From Acidobacteriota bacterium (GTDB taxonomy: Bacteria > Acidobacteriota > Thermoanaerobaculia > Multivoradales > Multivoraceae), in NCBI GenBank assembly GCA_028875725.1, contig JAPPCR010000006.1, positions 563,786-627,785 on the forward strand: DNA of 64,000 bases, given 5' to 3'. The translations under genes and the position numbers were made by a program. Positions 1-9,158 of this stretch are shown piece after piece. Under the pieces are notes generated by a model. The model ran no database searches, was not told the origin of the DNA, and saw only the letters and a program-made list of their open reading frames with translations. Positions within the stretch are counted from its first letter, which is position 1, and each line of letters opens with the position of its first letter.

Positions 1-14
1 CGGCGGAAGCCCCC

Positions 15-2825
15 GTGATCAATCGCTTCGAGTCGACGTCAGCGGGCACCGTGACGTCCGACGTCGCGACGAACGTCATGTCCGTCAACACGAACTACTA
101 CAGCTCTTTGGCCCTGTTGCCTGGCGTGACATCGGACGGCGACTTGGCCGATGAGTATCCCGGGTCAAACGGTGCGCGCTGGATGGAAGGGGCCGTCTTC
201 GTGGACGGAGTTGACACTACTTACACCCGTCGCGGTGGCTCGCGGATGTACCTGCCACACATCGCAGTCTCTTCGACCACGCTGCAATCGACGACCGGCG
301 GCGCGGAGTACGGCCGTGCGGTCGGCGGCATCACCAACGTCGTGACCAAGTCGGGAACCAACCGGTTCCACGGCGACTACTTCGTTCATCGCCAGCAGGG
401 CGACTGGGTTTCCGAGTACAAGTCCCATCCGGAGTTGGCAGAACGATGGAATTGCAGGCGTCGCGCTGTCGTGCAACCCCAGAACGACTGGCTCCGGCCG
501 TCGTGTCAGCCGGACTTCTTCCATCGGAACGAACGGGAGAAGGACTACTCGGACCTCACATTGCAGGGCTCGATCGGTGGCCCGATTGCCCGTAACAAGG
601 CCTGGTTCTTCGCAGCCGCGGCCGATACCAACACGTTCAGCAGCCAGGAGACCTTCAGCGGCGATATCGTGGACAACAGCGCCTACGTGGGCAGCCGGAT
701 CGCGAAGCTGAACTTCCAGCCGAGTCCGTCGCACGCGCTAGCTGCGTACTACACGACCTCGCCGCTCGATGTCACCTTTGTTCTCGGCGACGTTCCTTCC
801 GACCGCTACACGGCTACGCCGCACGAGTTTGGCGGCGAACTGGTGACGGGAAGCTGGAACTGGAGTGCGCGCTCCGACCTGTTCCTCGAGTTCAAGCTCG
901 CTCTCCACGACTCCAGCGAGCACAAGGCTCTCAACGCCGGCGAAGGCTATGACCTGGAGTCCGCGCTCGCGGAGAAACAGCAGGATCCGCGCTACCCCGC
1001 CAACAACCAGGGACCCCACAGCCCCGGCAACAACTTCCACGGCTACGTCGGATATCGGGGAGGCGAACAGCATTGGTGGAACGGTTGGATTCTGGACAAC
1101 GGTTTCGGCCGCAACGACTATCCACGTGATCAGGCGAACGCTCGTGTGACCTGGTTTGCGAGTGATGCGCACGAAGCCCTCTTCGGCTTCGACTGGCAGG
1201 ATGTCGCCTGGGAACAGAACCTGCAGCGAAACAACCTCTACGTGGGGAACGTGTTCGACGCCTCGAGCCCGTCCGGTTTCGATAGCTGCAGCATTATCCG
1301 CATCGGCTACCGCCTCTGCTATCTGGAGGACTACAGCCCGGCCGACCTCGAGGGAGAGCCGATACTCCACGGCACGAAGTCGTCCAACACGGCCTTCTTC
1401 GCTCAGGACCGGTTCTCAGCCGGGGATCATTGGACGTTCAACCTCGGACTCCGGTACGAAGACCAGGTCCACCTGAACGACGTCAGGCGCACCGTCATCG
1501 ATTCCCAGGACCTCTCGCCGAGGATCTTCGCCGCGTACGACTTCCGAGCCGACGGTCGGACTCTGCTAAGCCTGAGTCTCGGCCGGGCGTACCAGCACCT
1601 GCCGCAGGATCTCTCCAACAACCATCTCCTGGAAGGTTGGAACGGTACGAATGCCTTCGACCGATTCATCTACTGCGACGATCTTGCGGCTTTCTTTCTC
1701 AGGCATGTGTGCAGGGGAGTTGGTTACACCGGGCTGATCGGCAAGCTGCGCCCCGGCACGATGTGGCGCCAGATTGACGCGGGTGTCATTCCTCAAGTGG
1801 ATATCGACCCCTACTTCAAGGATGAGATCGATCTGAGTCTGCGGTGGGCGTTGAACCCCAGGTGGTACTTCCAGGCCAGCGCAATCTACTGGACTTTCGA
1901 GAACTCCATCGGCACAACCGAGCAGAGACTTCCCGACGGGAACTACTTCCGGTTCACGGAAAACTACAAGGACTACGAGAAGGTCCTCGGTCCACTCGGC
2001 GTCGTAGATCCGGAGGTGCTGGCTAACTTCGATGAAGGAAGGCGGACCTACAGGTCGCTGCAGCTTCAACTGAACCGGAATTTCAGGAACAACTGGGCGC
2101 TTTTCAACAACCTGACGTACGCCGACGCCAAGGGCCACTTCTGGGGCGGTCTGTTCAACAACACGAACTCGGACTACGGGCGGAACCTCGATGTAGTCCT
2201 GACCCAAGGGCACATCGATGGTTGCGCGGCGGACCAGCTCGTGCTGGAGGGCGGCCAGCCGGTCATTGACGCGAACGGCAACCAGATCGTGAAGCCGTAC
2301 CCGGTAGATTGCCAGGCGATCCTGGAGCCGTTCCTCGGTCAGGCAGTGTCCACGATCTACCGCTACGGTACGGCACGGGAGAACAACGAGTACGTGTGGA
2401 ACAGCTTCGGCTGGAAGACCTGGAACCTCGGCAACACAGGCCACTCGTTCACTTTGGGCGGTTCCTTCTCCTGGCGTTCCGGCAAACCCTGGCAGCGCCA
2501 GGGCGGGGCATTTCTAGGAGGCTGCGACAACGCGTTTGAAGGCTGCGACCCGGAGCAGGCGATCGTGGGTCGAGGCACAGCACTCTTCCTGGAGCCGCGT
2601 GGGACCCGAGACCCGTTCAATCCGATCTGGAATCTCAACCTCACCGGAATATGGAGCTTCCGTATCCGGGGGGACTTCACCGGGAATCTCCGTGTCGATG
2701 CCACCAATGTGACGAACAACCAGGACGGCCAGCGAGTCAACGCTCAGGGTGAGTTCGGTTCGTCGCGTTACATTGACTGGCAGCGTCCCCGACGGTTCTC
2801 GCTGTCTGCGACGTTTAACTTCTAG
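15..2825 (+). CDS. TonB-dependent outer-membrane receptor, Oar-like (5'-truncated by window edge)
   Basis: The ORF is open from the window start. Plug-like segment FVDGVDTTYTRRGGSRMY. Long beta-rich body ending in a C-terminal aromatic residue (..SATFNF), typical of OM beta-barrels. Resembles Acidobacterial Oar-type TBDRs. Confidence 0.65.
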   Translation: MINRFESTSAGTVTSDVATNVMSVNTNYYSSLALLPGVTSDGDLADEYPGSNGARWMEGAVFVDGVDTTYTRRGGSRMYLPHIAVSSTTLQSTTGGAEYGRAVGGITNVVTKSGTNRFHGDYFVHRQQGDWVSEYKSHPELAERWNCRRRAVVQPQNDWLRPSCQPDFFHRNEREKDYSDLTLQGSIGGPIARNKAWFFAAAADTNTFSSQETFSGDIVDNSAYVGSRIAKLNFQPSPSHALAAYYTTSPLDVTFVLGDVPSDRYTATPHEFGGELVTGSWNWSARSDLFLEFKLALHDSSEHKALNAGEGYDLESALAEKQQDPRYPANNQGPHSPGNNFHGYVGYRGGEQHWWNGWILDNGFGRNDYPRDQANARVTWFASDAHEALFGFDWQDVAWEQNLQRNNLYVGNVFDASSPSGFDSCSIIRIGYRLCYLEDYSPADLEGEPILHGTKSSNTAFFAQDRFSAGDHWTFNLGLRYEDQVHLNDVRRTVIDSQDLSPRIFAAYDFRADGRTLLSLSLGRAYQHLPQDLSNNHLLEGWNGTNAFDRFIYCDDLAAFFLRHVCRGVGYTGLIGKLRPGTMWRQIDAGVIPQVDIDPYFKDEIDLSLRWALNPRWYFQASAIYWTFENSIGTTEQRLPDGNYFRFTENYKDYEKVLGPLGVVDPEVLANFDEGRRTYRSLQLQLNRNFRNNWALFNNLTYADAKGHFWGGLFNNTNSDYGRNLDVVLTQGHIDGCAADQLVLEGGQPVIDANGNQIVKPYPVDCQAILEPFLGQAVSTIYRYGTARENNEYVWNSFGWKTWNLGNTGHSFTLGGSFSWRSGKPWQRQGGAFLGGCDNAFEGCDPEQAIVGRGTALFLEPRGTRDPFNPIWNLNLTGIWSFRIRGDFTGNLRVDATNVTNNQDGQRVNAQGEFGSSRYIDWQRPRRFSLSATFNF

Positions 2826-2914
2826 ACGGCTGAATGTGGTTACGAAGTGGTCGAAAAGTCGTAGCTTGGGTTAGGTGTGCAGGAACACGAGATAGGGAGA
2901 AAGGAGAATGAAGA

Positions 2915-3394
2915 ATGAGTCTTCTGGACACTAGAATGGTTGTGTTGGTAAGCTGCGCCGTACTCTCGGCTGGGTTTGCGGTTCCCCAGGGGAGTGGGGA
3001 AACCGAAGTAGGCACTGAAGCAACTGAGCCACGTAGAGTTAGTGACAAGACGAATGTTGAAGCTCGAGGTGGCGGCAGGGGTGAGCCAACAGCAGTCTTG
3101 GAGTTCTTGAGCTTTCCAACGCCTGGTGGCCCAGCTCCAGCTGACAACTGCACAGTCGGTATTGACCAGGAGGGACTTCCCGGAAACTGCTTCACACACA
3201 TGTCGCTGATTTGGGTAGCGGAGCATCAACTCAATCTCTGCCTGAGCGCTTTGCAGAATGTTGACGTGGCGGCGGGTTCTTGCGATCAGTATCTTGGTGC
3301 GATGGAGTCGGCACGTGAGGCCTACAATCAGTGTCGAAGCGTGAGTAGTGGCCCGACGTACGAGTGGGTGTGTCCGGTCACAGATTCGGGTTAG
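2915..3394 (+). CDS. hypothetical small secreted Cys-containing protein (lower-GC gene)
   Basis: N-terminal hydrophobic signal-like segment (MVVLVSCAVLSAGFAVPQG). Six Cys. Local GC is clearly lower than the flanks. Good RBS-like gggagaaaggagaatg upstream. No recognisable family. Confidence 0.4.
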   Translation: MSLLDTRMVVLVSCAVLSAGFAVPQGSGETEVGTEATEPRRVSDKTNVEARGGGRGEPTAVLEFLSFPTPGGPAPADNCTVGIDQEGLPGNCFTHMSLIWVAEHQLNLCLSALQNVDVAAGSCDQYLGAMESAREAYNQCRSVSSGPTYEWVCPVTDSG

Positions 3395-3800
3395 CGGTTG
3401 GGGTAGCCCGGGTTTCTTGGACGTTCGTGTTTAGGAGTGATGCAGCTTCGCGGTAGCTGTTCTCGAAGTTGACGGGTGAGCGGTAGCCGATCGCGGAGTG
3501 ACGTCGATGCGTGTGTACCAGCCTTCGACGTACCGGGCGAGCTCGGCCCTGGTTTCGGCGTAGTTTCCGGAAGCTGGCCTGGTCGAGCAGCTCGCATTCG
3601 AGGCTGGCGAAGAAGCTTTCGACCATCGCGTTGTCGTAGCAGTCGCCGACGGAGTCCGTCGAGAGGGCGACGCCGGCGGCGCGGCAGCGCTTTCCGAAGG
3701 CTAGCCCGCATGTTTCACCGATGCGGCCTGCGGGCTGGTTTCGGGGCAGCGGAGACGCTTGGGCGTTCGGCGGTGGGCTGGCGGTGGTCGGCTGAGCTTG
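3378..3800 (-). mobile_element. IS3-family transposase (OrfB/rve integrase core) C-terminal remnant, degraded
   Basis: The translation contains GDCYDNAMVESFFASLECELL...RRHSAIGYRSPVNFE, the conserved C-terminal end of IS3 OrfB transposases. The upstream part is out of frame or missing. No intact orfA/orfB and no inverted repeats identified. Confidence 0.6.
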
Positions 3801-3849
3801 CCCCGGTTTCGTGGACACTTCATCCTTGGAGTAGGAGGTATCCGCGATG

Positions 3850-4115
3850 CCGAGAGCGCCCCTGCTAGGCTCTCTCCGTTGCGCGGGTCGTGGAGTGCTG
3901 GCAGGAGCGGTGAGTGCCGTCGCGGATAGGCAGCTACGTTTCGTAGGCGAAGGTCTCCCCCGGTGGCTGCGCTTCCGAGACGAATCGGGATCCCGGTGCC
4001 GAGATTCTTCGAGCGCTCACCGTAGTTGTCGGCCGCCCAAGTGCGAGAATCCAGGTGGTTCGTCCACCGGCCGTCGCGGGGCAGTAGCGTCAGGTCGCCG
4101 ACGGGAATCGTGGGC
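3850..4115 (-). pseudogene. C-terminal fragment of a VWFA-related Acidobacterial-domain paralog (frameshifted, with an in-frame stop)
   Basis: Reverse-strand translation gives PVGDLTLLPRDGRWTNHLDSR...IPIRLGSAA in one frame and GETFAYET* in another. These match the conserved C-terminus of the downstream paralogs (LLPMDGRWMNELEFR...IPI...GDTFVYETEL). The N-terminal roughly 450 aa are absent. Confidence 0.5.
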
Positions 4116-4259
4116 TAGAGGTCGGCACGAGGAGCTTCCGGAGCCTGGCTTTCCCCGGCGTGCCGCAGTGCACTTCCAGAACGTCCTTGCCGGGCAGGCC
4201 CGAACATCAAGTGAGCCGTGGGCCAGCATCCGGTGCCCCCTGTTTGGGCCGGTTCGGCG

Positions 4260-5876
4260 CTACCTCGGCCCGACGGTGCCTCTCGTCGACAGCAGCTCGC
4301 CGGTCAGCGGGTCGTAGACCGCCGCGACGAAACGATGTTCGCGCTTGCGGATCTTGAGGTCCATCTCGAAGATGAAGAAGTCGCCGCGCGCGGGTTCCTT
4401 CGGGATGACCACCGGGATCTTCACCGCGGGCGGCGCCGCCTGGTCGCCCCACTTGTTCATCAGGCGGATCCTGAACTCCAGTTCGTTCATCCACTGGCCG
4501 TTCACGGGCAGCAGTTCCACGTCTTCAAGGGGAAACGCAATCGTCATCGGTACGTCGAGCTGCCGGAATCCCGCCTTCTTCGGCTCGCCGAAGCTGACTT
4601 CGAGCGATTCGGCGCCGGGGGAACCGCCGAGCAGCAGGGCGCCCTCGACCAGCATCCCCACCTCGGTCGCCCTGGACATGTCCAGATAGTGCTCCCGTGT
4701 TCTCACCCGGAGGTCGGGGTGGCCGGGTAGCCGCACGGCGATGTCGTGAAGCCGGTCGTCTTCGTTGCGGGGAGGTTCGAAGCCGAGCCAGTAGTAGGAG
4801 CGGGTGTCCGCCGCCGTCTCCGCGAGGGCCTTCTTGCTGAAGGAGTTGATCATCGGCAGGCCACCCGTCTCTTCGGCCAGAAACTGGAGGACGTTGTGGA
4901 ATCGCCGCTCGGGTACCGCCCACCAGCTTGCGTACCCTCCGATGGCGCCGGTGAAGACTGGCGCCACGCCTGCCGCACCGAAGCCGGCGATCGGAGGACC
5001 TGGCGAGCCCTGGAAGCCGGGAGTATCGATCGGGTAGAGGCTGTAGCCGACCAGGTTCGCGGCGTTCACGAGAGGCCCGTAGAGCCGGTCGAGTGTTACC
5101 CCGCCGGACGCCGCCGCGTAGGCCGACCTGAAGTTCCAGGTGTCGGACACGGTGGTCCACCCCTCGATCAGCAACAGCATGACCTTGCGGCCCGGCGCGT
5201 TGGCAAAGCTGCGCACGGCGCCGGCGGCGGCCATCACCGATCGCCGGGTTTTGTCGCCTCGCTCCGAGCCCATGCCGTGCCGGTACAGCAGACCGTACGG
5301 CCTTCGTTTCCTTGCCTCCAGCAGCGCGGTCTCGATGTCGGCGCGGTCGCCGGTCCAGTCCGTGATCAACACGAGTTCCCGGCCGTCGTGGGCCACGACG
5401 GCGACGCGGTCGGCGGGGTCGAGCTGGACGAGGTCCTGTTCGAGGCGGTTCAGCACGCGGTTCCTGCGCTGCTTGATGGCGAACAGGTCGTCGATGAAGA
5501 CGAGGTAGCTCGTGCCGACCGGCTCGTCCGGAGTCAGGGCGGGAACGTTGCCGACGCCTTCGTCGGACGCTTCCAGCGCCCGGCCCTCGTCGACCTCCGT
5601 GAAGTAGTCGACCGCCACGGGCCGGCGGTCTACGCGGAGTTCGAAGTCTCCCGGCTGGAGTCCCCGGATGCGGTTTCCGCTCCTGTCCGTCACGACGACT
5701 TCGACGTTGACCACGCGGACGTCAATCACGTCGGAGAACAGGTCCGGCAGCGGACTGTCCTGCGCGGCCGCCGGTAGCGCGGTCAGCAGGCATGTGACAG
5801 TCGCCGCGGCGCGGAGTCCTGGCAGGTTCGGCTTCATGCTCATCAGGTTACTCTCGTCTTTCGGCCGGGAGATCAT
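4260..5876 (-). CDS. secreted VWFA-related Acidobacterial-domain protein (TIGR03436-like), paralog 1
   Basis: Signal peptide. N-terminal motif LFSDVIDVRVVNVEVVVTDRSGNRIRGL..DFEL.VD..PV.V.YF, characteristic of the acidobacterial VWFA-related family. VWA-like middle (YLVFIDDL...RVAVVAHDG). C-terminus conserved with the neighbouring paralogs. Confidence 0.7.
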   Translation of the reverse strand: MISRPKDESNLMSMKPNLPGLRAAATVTCLLTALPAAAQDSPLPDLFSDVIDVRVVNVEVVVTDRSGNRIRGLQPGDFELRVDRRPVAVDYFTEVDEGRALEASDEGVGNVPALTPDEPVGTSYLVFIDDLFAIKQRRNRVLNRLEQDLVQLDPADRVAVVAHDGRELVLITDWTGDRADIETALLEARKRRPYGLLYRHGMGSERGDKTRRSVMAAAGAVRSFANAPGRKVMLLLIEGWTTVSDTWNFRSAYAAASGGVTLDRLYGPLVNAANLVGYSLYPIDTPGFQGSPGPPIAGFGAAGVAPVFTGAIGGYASWWAVPERRFHNVLQFLAEETGGLPMINSFSKKALAETAADTRSYYWLGFEPPRNEDDRLHDIAVRLPGHPDLRVRTREHYLDMSRATEVGMLVEGALLLGGSPGAESLEVSFGEPKKAGFRQLDVPMTIAFPLEDVELLPVNGQWMNELEFRIRLMNKWGDQAAPPAVKIPVVIPKEPARGDFFIFEMDLKIRKREHRFVAAVYDPLTGELLSTRGTVGPR

Positions 5877-7477
5877 GGTCGGCCCGGTCTGGGGTTGACA
5901 ACCCCGCGGGCCGACACCAGCGTCCTGTCCGTGAGCGGATCGTAGACGGCCGCGACGTATCGGTACTCGCGCTTTCGCAGGCGGAGGTCCGTCTCATACA
6001 CAAAGGTCTCGCCCGGCGCCGGCGCCTCGGACCTGACCACAGGGACCTTCTGAACCAGCTTCCTGGAATGGATGTCCCATTTATCCACCGCCGAGATCCG
6101 GAACTCGAACTCGTTCATCCACTTCCCATCCATGGGCAGCAGGGTCAGCTCATCGAGCGGGACGACTACTTCCACCGGGACGGAGACCCTGAGGAATCCG
6201 GCCTTTCGGGGCGTCCCCAGGCGCACCGCCAGGGGGTCGGCGCCGGGAGCGTTGCCGAAGAGCATCGACGCCTCGAGGCGCATGTCGATCTCTGTGCTCT
6301 TCGACATGTCCAGGTAGTGCTCGCGGGACCGCACGCGGAGTTTCCTTTGTCCGACCAGCCGCACCCTGATGTCGTGCAGCTCGTCGTCCCGGCTCTGCGG
6401 AGCGTCGAAGCCGAGCCAGTAGTACGAGCGTGTGTCCGCCACGGTCTCGCTGAGCGCCTTGCTGCGGAAGGCGTTGAGCATTGGCCGCCCTCCCGTTTCG
6501 TCGGCGAGGAAGCGAAGAACGTCGTGTTGCCGCTCCTCGTACGAGCCGATCATGAGCGCCTGCATCGACGGCCATGGCGGCGGGTACATTGTGCTGCCGC
6601 GCGTGTCGCCCCCTGAGTAGGCGTAGTAACCGCCCGGGGGAATCGGTGGGAGTCGCCCGTAGGAACGTTGCCTGTACTGCAGACCCGCAACGTCGACGGG
6701 GTAGAGGCTGTAGCCGACCCGGTTGGCGGCATGGACCAGCGGGCTGTACAGGCTGTCGATGTTCGGTCTGGCGAGTCCCGAACCCAGGACATCCCAAACC
6801 GCGCTCGGGGCGCTCCAGCTATCCGCCAGCAGGAGCATCACCTTGCGGCCCGGTCCACGGGTGACGCTTCGTATGGTTGCCGTGGCCGCCATGACGGCGC
6901 GCCTGGTGGCTTCGGCGCTCTGGCGGCCGAACGTCGGCCGCATCTGCGCTTCCAGGAGCGCGGTGCGGAGCTGGTAGTGGGAGTTCGTCCAGTCCGTCAG
7001 CCGGGAGACGCCCGTTCCGTCGAACGCGACGATCGCCGCGCGGTCCGCCGGGTTCAGCAGGCGGAGATCCTGGTCCAGGCGGCTCAGCACCCGGTTGCGG
7101 CGTCCGCGGATGGCCGACAGGTCGTCCACGAAGATCAGGTAGTTCGTACCGACCGGCGCGTTGTGCGCCAGAGACGGTACGTCCGCGACGCCGTCGCCGC
7201 CGGCGGTCCTCGCGTAACCCTCGTCGACCTCGGTGAAGTACGCGATGCGCACCGGCTGGCGGTCCACGAGGAGCTCAAAGTCGTCTGGCTCGAGTCCGCG
7301 AATCCGGTTCCCCTTCCTGTCCGTGACAACGACCTCGACGTTGACGACGCGAACGTCGACCGAGTCGGAGAACAGATCCGGCAGCGACGATTCCTGGGCA
7401 GTTGCGGGGAGCGCGGCCAGGACCAGTGCGGTCGTGAAAGCCGTGCCGAATCTGAATGGGGACAATGGCCTGATCAT
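5873..7477 (-). CDS. secreted VWFA-related Acidobacterial-domain protein, paralog 2 (start set at internal Met MIRPLS, 4 bp overlap with upstream gene)
   Basis: Same N- and C-terminal conserved blocks as paralog 1. The six-frame ORF extends to 7714, but the signal peptide begins at MIRPLSPFRFGTAFTTALVLAALPATAQ. Contains a Pro/Tyr/Gly-rich insert. Confidence 0.65.
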   Translation of the reverse strand: MIRPLSPFRFGTAFTTALVLAALPATAQESSLPDLFSDSVDVRVVNVEVVVTDRKGNRIRGLEPDDFELLVDRQPVRIAYFTEVDEGYARTAGGDGVADVPSLAHNAPVGTNYLIFVDDLSAIRGRRNRVLSRLDQDLRLLNPADRAAIVAFDGTGVSRLTDWTNSHYQLRTALLEAQMRPTFGRQSAEATRRAVMAATATIRSVTRGPGRKVMLLLADSWSAPSAVWDVLGSGLARPNIDSLYSPLVHAANRVGYSLYPVDVAGLQYRQRSYGRLPPIPPGGYYAYSGGDTRGSTMYPPPWPSMQALMIGSYEERQHDVLRFLADETGGRPMLNAFRSKALSETVADTRSYYWLGFDAPQSRDDELHDIRVRLVGQRKLRVRSREHYLDMSKSTEIDMRLEASMLFGNAPGADPLAVRLGTPRKAGFLRVSVPVEVVVPLDELTLLPMDGKWMNEFEFRISAVDKWDIHSRKLVQKVPVVRSEAPAPGETFVYETDLRLRKREYRYVAAVYDPLTDRTLVSARGVVNPRPGRP

Positions 7478-7479
7478 GC

Positions 7480-9153
7480 CTACCTCGGCCTGATCGTTTC
7501 GCTGGCAGACAGGATCGTGCCGCTCACCGGGTCGTGGACGGCCACCACGATGCGGTGTTCCCGCTTTCGGAGCACCAGTTCCGTCGTGTACCACCAGTGC
7601 TGGCCAGGCTCCGGTTCCGCCGGGCCTGAGATGCGGACCGTCTCGACCGGCGTCTCGGAGCGGTCGCCGGACTCGTTGATCACGCTGACGCGCAACTCGA
7701 CCTCGTTCATCCACAGGTCGCCCATCGGGAGGAGGGTGATGTCGTCGAGCGGAATGAACACCTTCATCGGCACCAGGATCTTCCGGCCCCGGGCGGGTTG
7801 CGAGGCGCCGAACTCGACCGTCAGTGTTTCCTTCCCCGCTACGCCGCCGAAAAGCAGGGATCCCTCGACCATCATGGTCACTTCAGTGCTCTTCGACAGA
7901 TCGAGATAGCTTCGCCGCGACCTGACCCGAAGATCGGGACGGCCAACCAGTTGCACTTCGATGTCGTGGAGCGTGTCGTCCTCATTGCGAGGCGGCTCGA
8001 ATCCGAGCCAGTAGTAGGAGCGGGTGTCGGTCGCGGTCGCGGCCAGGGCGACGTCGCGAGAGGCGTTGATCATCGCAAGCCCGCCGGTCTCGCGGGCGAG
8101 ATAGCCGAGGGCAGCTTCCTGGGACCACTCGCTGTAGAGATCGGTCGGGAGGGCGGAGAGGTTCGGTTCCAGCGCCAGGCTCGGACTTGGAGTGTAGGTC
8201 GCGGTCGGGTCGCTGGTTCCGGCGGGGGCGTTCGTGAAGGCCGGATCGAGCCCTGGAAGGTCGACGGGGTAGAGCGTGTAGCCGACCAGGTTGGCGGCGT
8301 GGACGAGGGGGCCGTAGATGCTCTCGATGCTCGGAGGCCGCCAGTCGACCTGATCGAAGTTGTCCCTGTTCCACTCGGGTACGCCCCAGCCGTCCGTCAG
8401 CACGAGCATCACCTTGCGCCCCGGCGGATCGGCGTAGCTCCGGAGGGTGGCCGTGGCGGCGAGGACGGACTGTTGGATCTCACGCTCCCGCTTGTTCAGA
8501 TGCAGCGTCGACATTGCTCGCCGGATACCTTCGCGGGAGCGGACGAGAGCCTGCGATGTCCGGTCCGCCAGTGCCGGTTCGACAACGGCCGGTTCGATGT
8601 CCACGATTCGCATGATGCCCAGCGCGTCGCGCTCGCGCGCCTCGCTGAGAGCGTCGCGGAGTACGTCCCGCGAGTCGGTCCAGTCCGTCAGTTCGGTGAC
8701 GTTCTGGCCGTCGAACGCGACCAGGGCGACGCGATCGTGGGCGCGGAGCTTCCCCAGGTCCTGCTCCAGTCGGTCAAGTACCCGGTCGCGGTCCCGCCTG
8801 ACCGCGAAGTACTCGTCGATGAAGACGAGGTAGTTCGTGCGCACCGGTTCGCCGGGGACGAGGGAAGACACCGTCCCCGCCGCATCCCCCGGGGCACTCG
8901 TCCGGGCGATTCCCCCGTCGACCTCCGTGAAGTACTCGATAGGCACGCTCTCGCCGTCCACGCGAAGCTCGAAGTCCGCCGCGTCCAGGCCTTGTACCCG
9001 ATTGCCCCTCCTGTCCGTGACGACCACCTCGACGTTGACCACGCGGACATCGATCGTGTCGGAGAACAGCTCCGGCAGCGGCGACTCCTGCGCGGCGGCC
9101 GGCAGTGCGGCCAGGACCAGGGCGATCAGGGATGGGGCTTGGAGTCTCACCAC
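7480..9153 (-). CDS. secreted VWFA-related Acidobacterial-domain protein, paralog 3
   Basis: Signal peptide MVRLQAPSLIALVLAALPAAAQE. Conserved DVRVVNVEVVVTDRRGNRVQGL..DFEL block. Conserved C-terminus ...REHRIVVAVHDPVSGTILS. Confidence 0.7.
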   Translation of the reverse strand: MVRLQAPSLIALVLAALPAAAQESPLPELFSDTIDVRVVNVEVVVTDRRGNRVQGLDAADFELRVDGESVPIEYFTEVDGGIARTSAPGDAAGTVSSLVPGEPVRTNYLVFIDEYFAVRRDRDRVLDRLEQDLGKLRAHDRVALVAFDGQNVTELTDWTDSRDVLRDALSEARERDALGIMRIVDIEPAVVEPALADRTSQALVRSREGIRRAMSTLHLNKREREIQQSVLAATATLRSYADPPGRKVMLVLTDGWGVPEWNRDNFDQVDWRPPSIESIYGPLVHAANLVGYTLYPVDLPGLDPAFTNAPAGTSDPTATYTPSPSLALEPNLSALPTDLYSEWSQEAALGYLARETGGLAMINASRDVALAATATDTRSYYWLGFEPPRNEDDTLHDIEVQLVGRPDLRVRSRRSYLDLSKSTEVTMMVEGSLLFGGVAGKETLTVEFGASQPARGRKILVPMKVFIPLDDITLLPMGDLWMNEVELRVSVINESGDRSETPVETVRISGPAEPEPGQHWWYTTELVLRKREHRIVVAVHDPVSGTILSASETIRPR

Positions 9154-9158
9154 GTCGC

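Noticed and set aside
4525-5160. Numerous 60-250 aa ORFs nested in or antisense to the VWFA paralogs and the BREX genes
   Set aside because: Contained within or opposite well-supported longer genes. Low-complexity translations.
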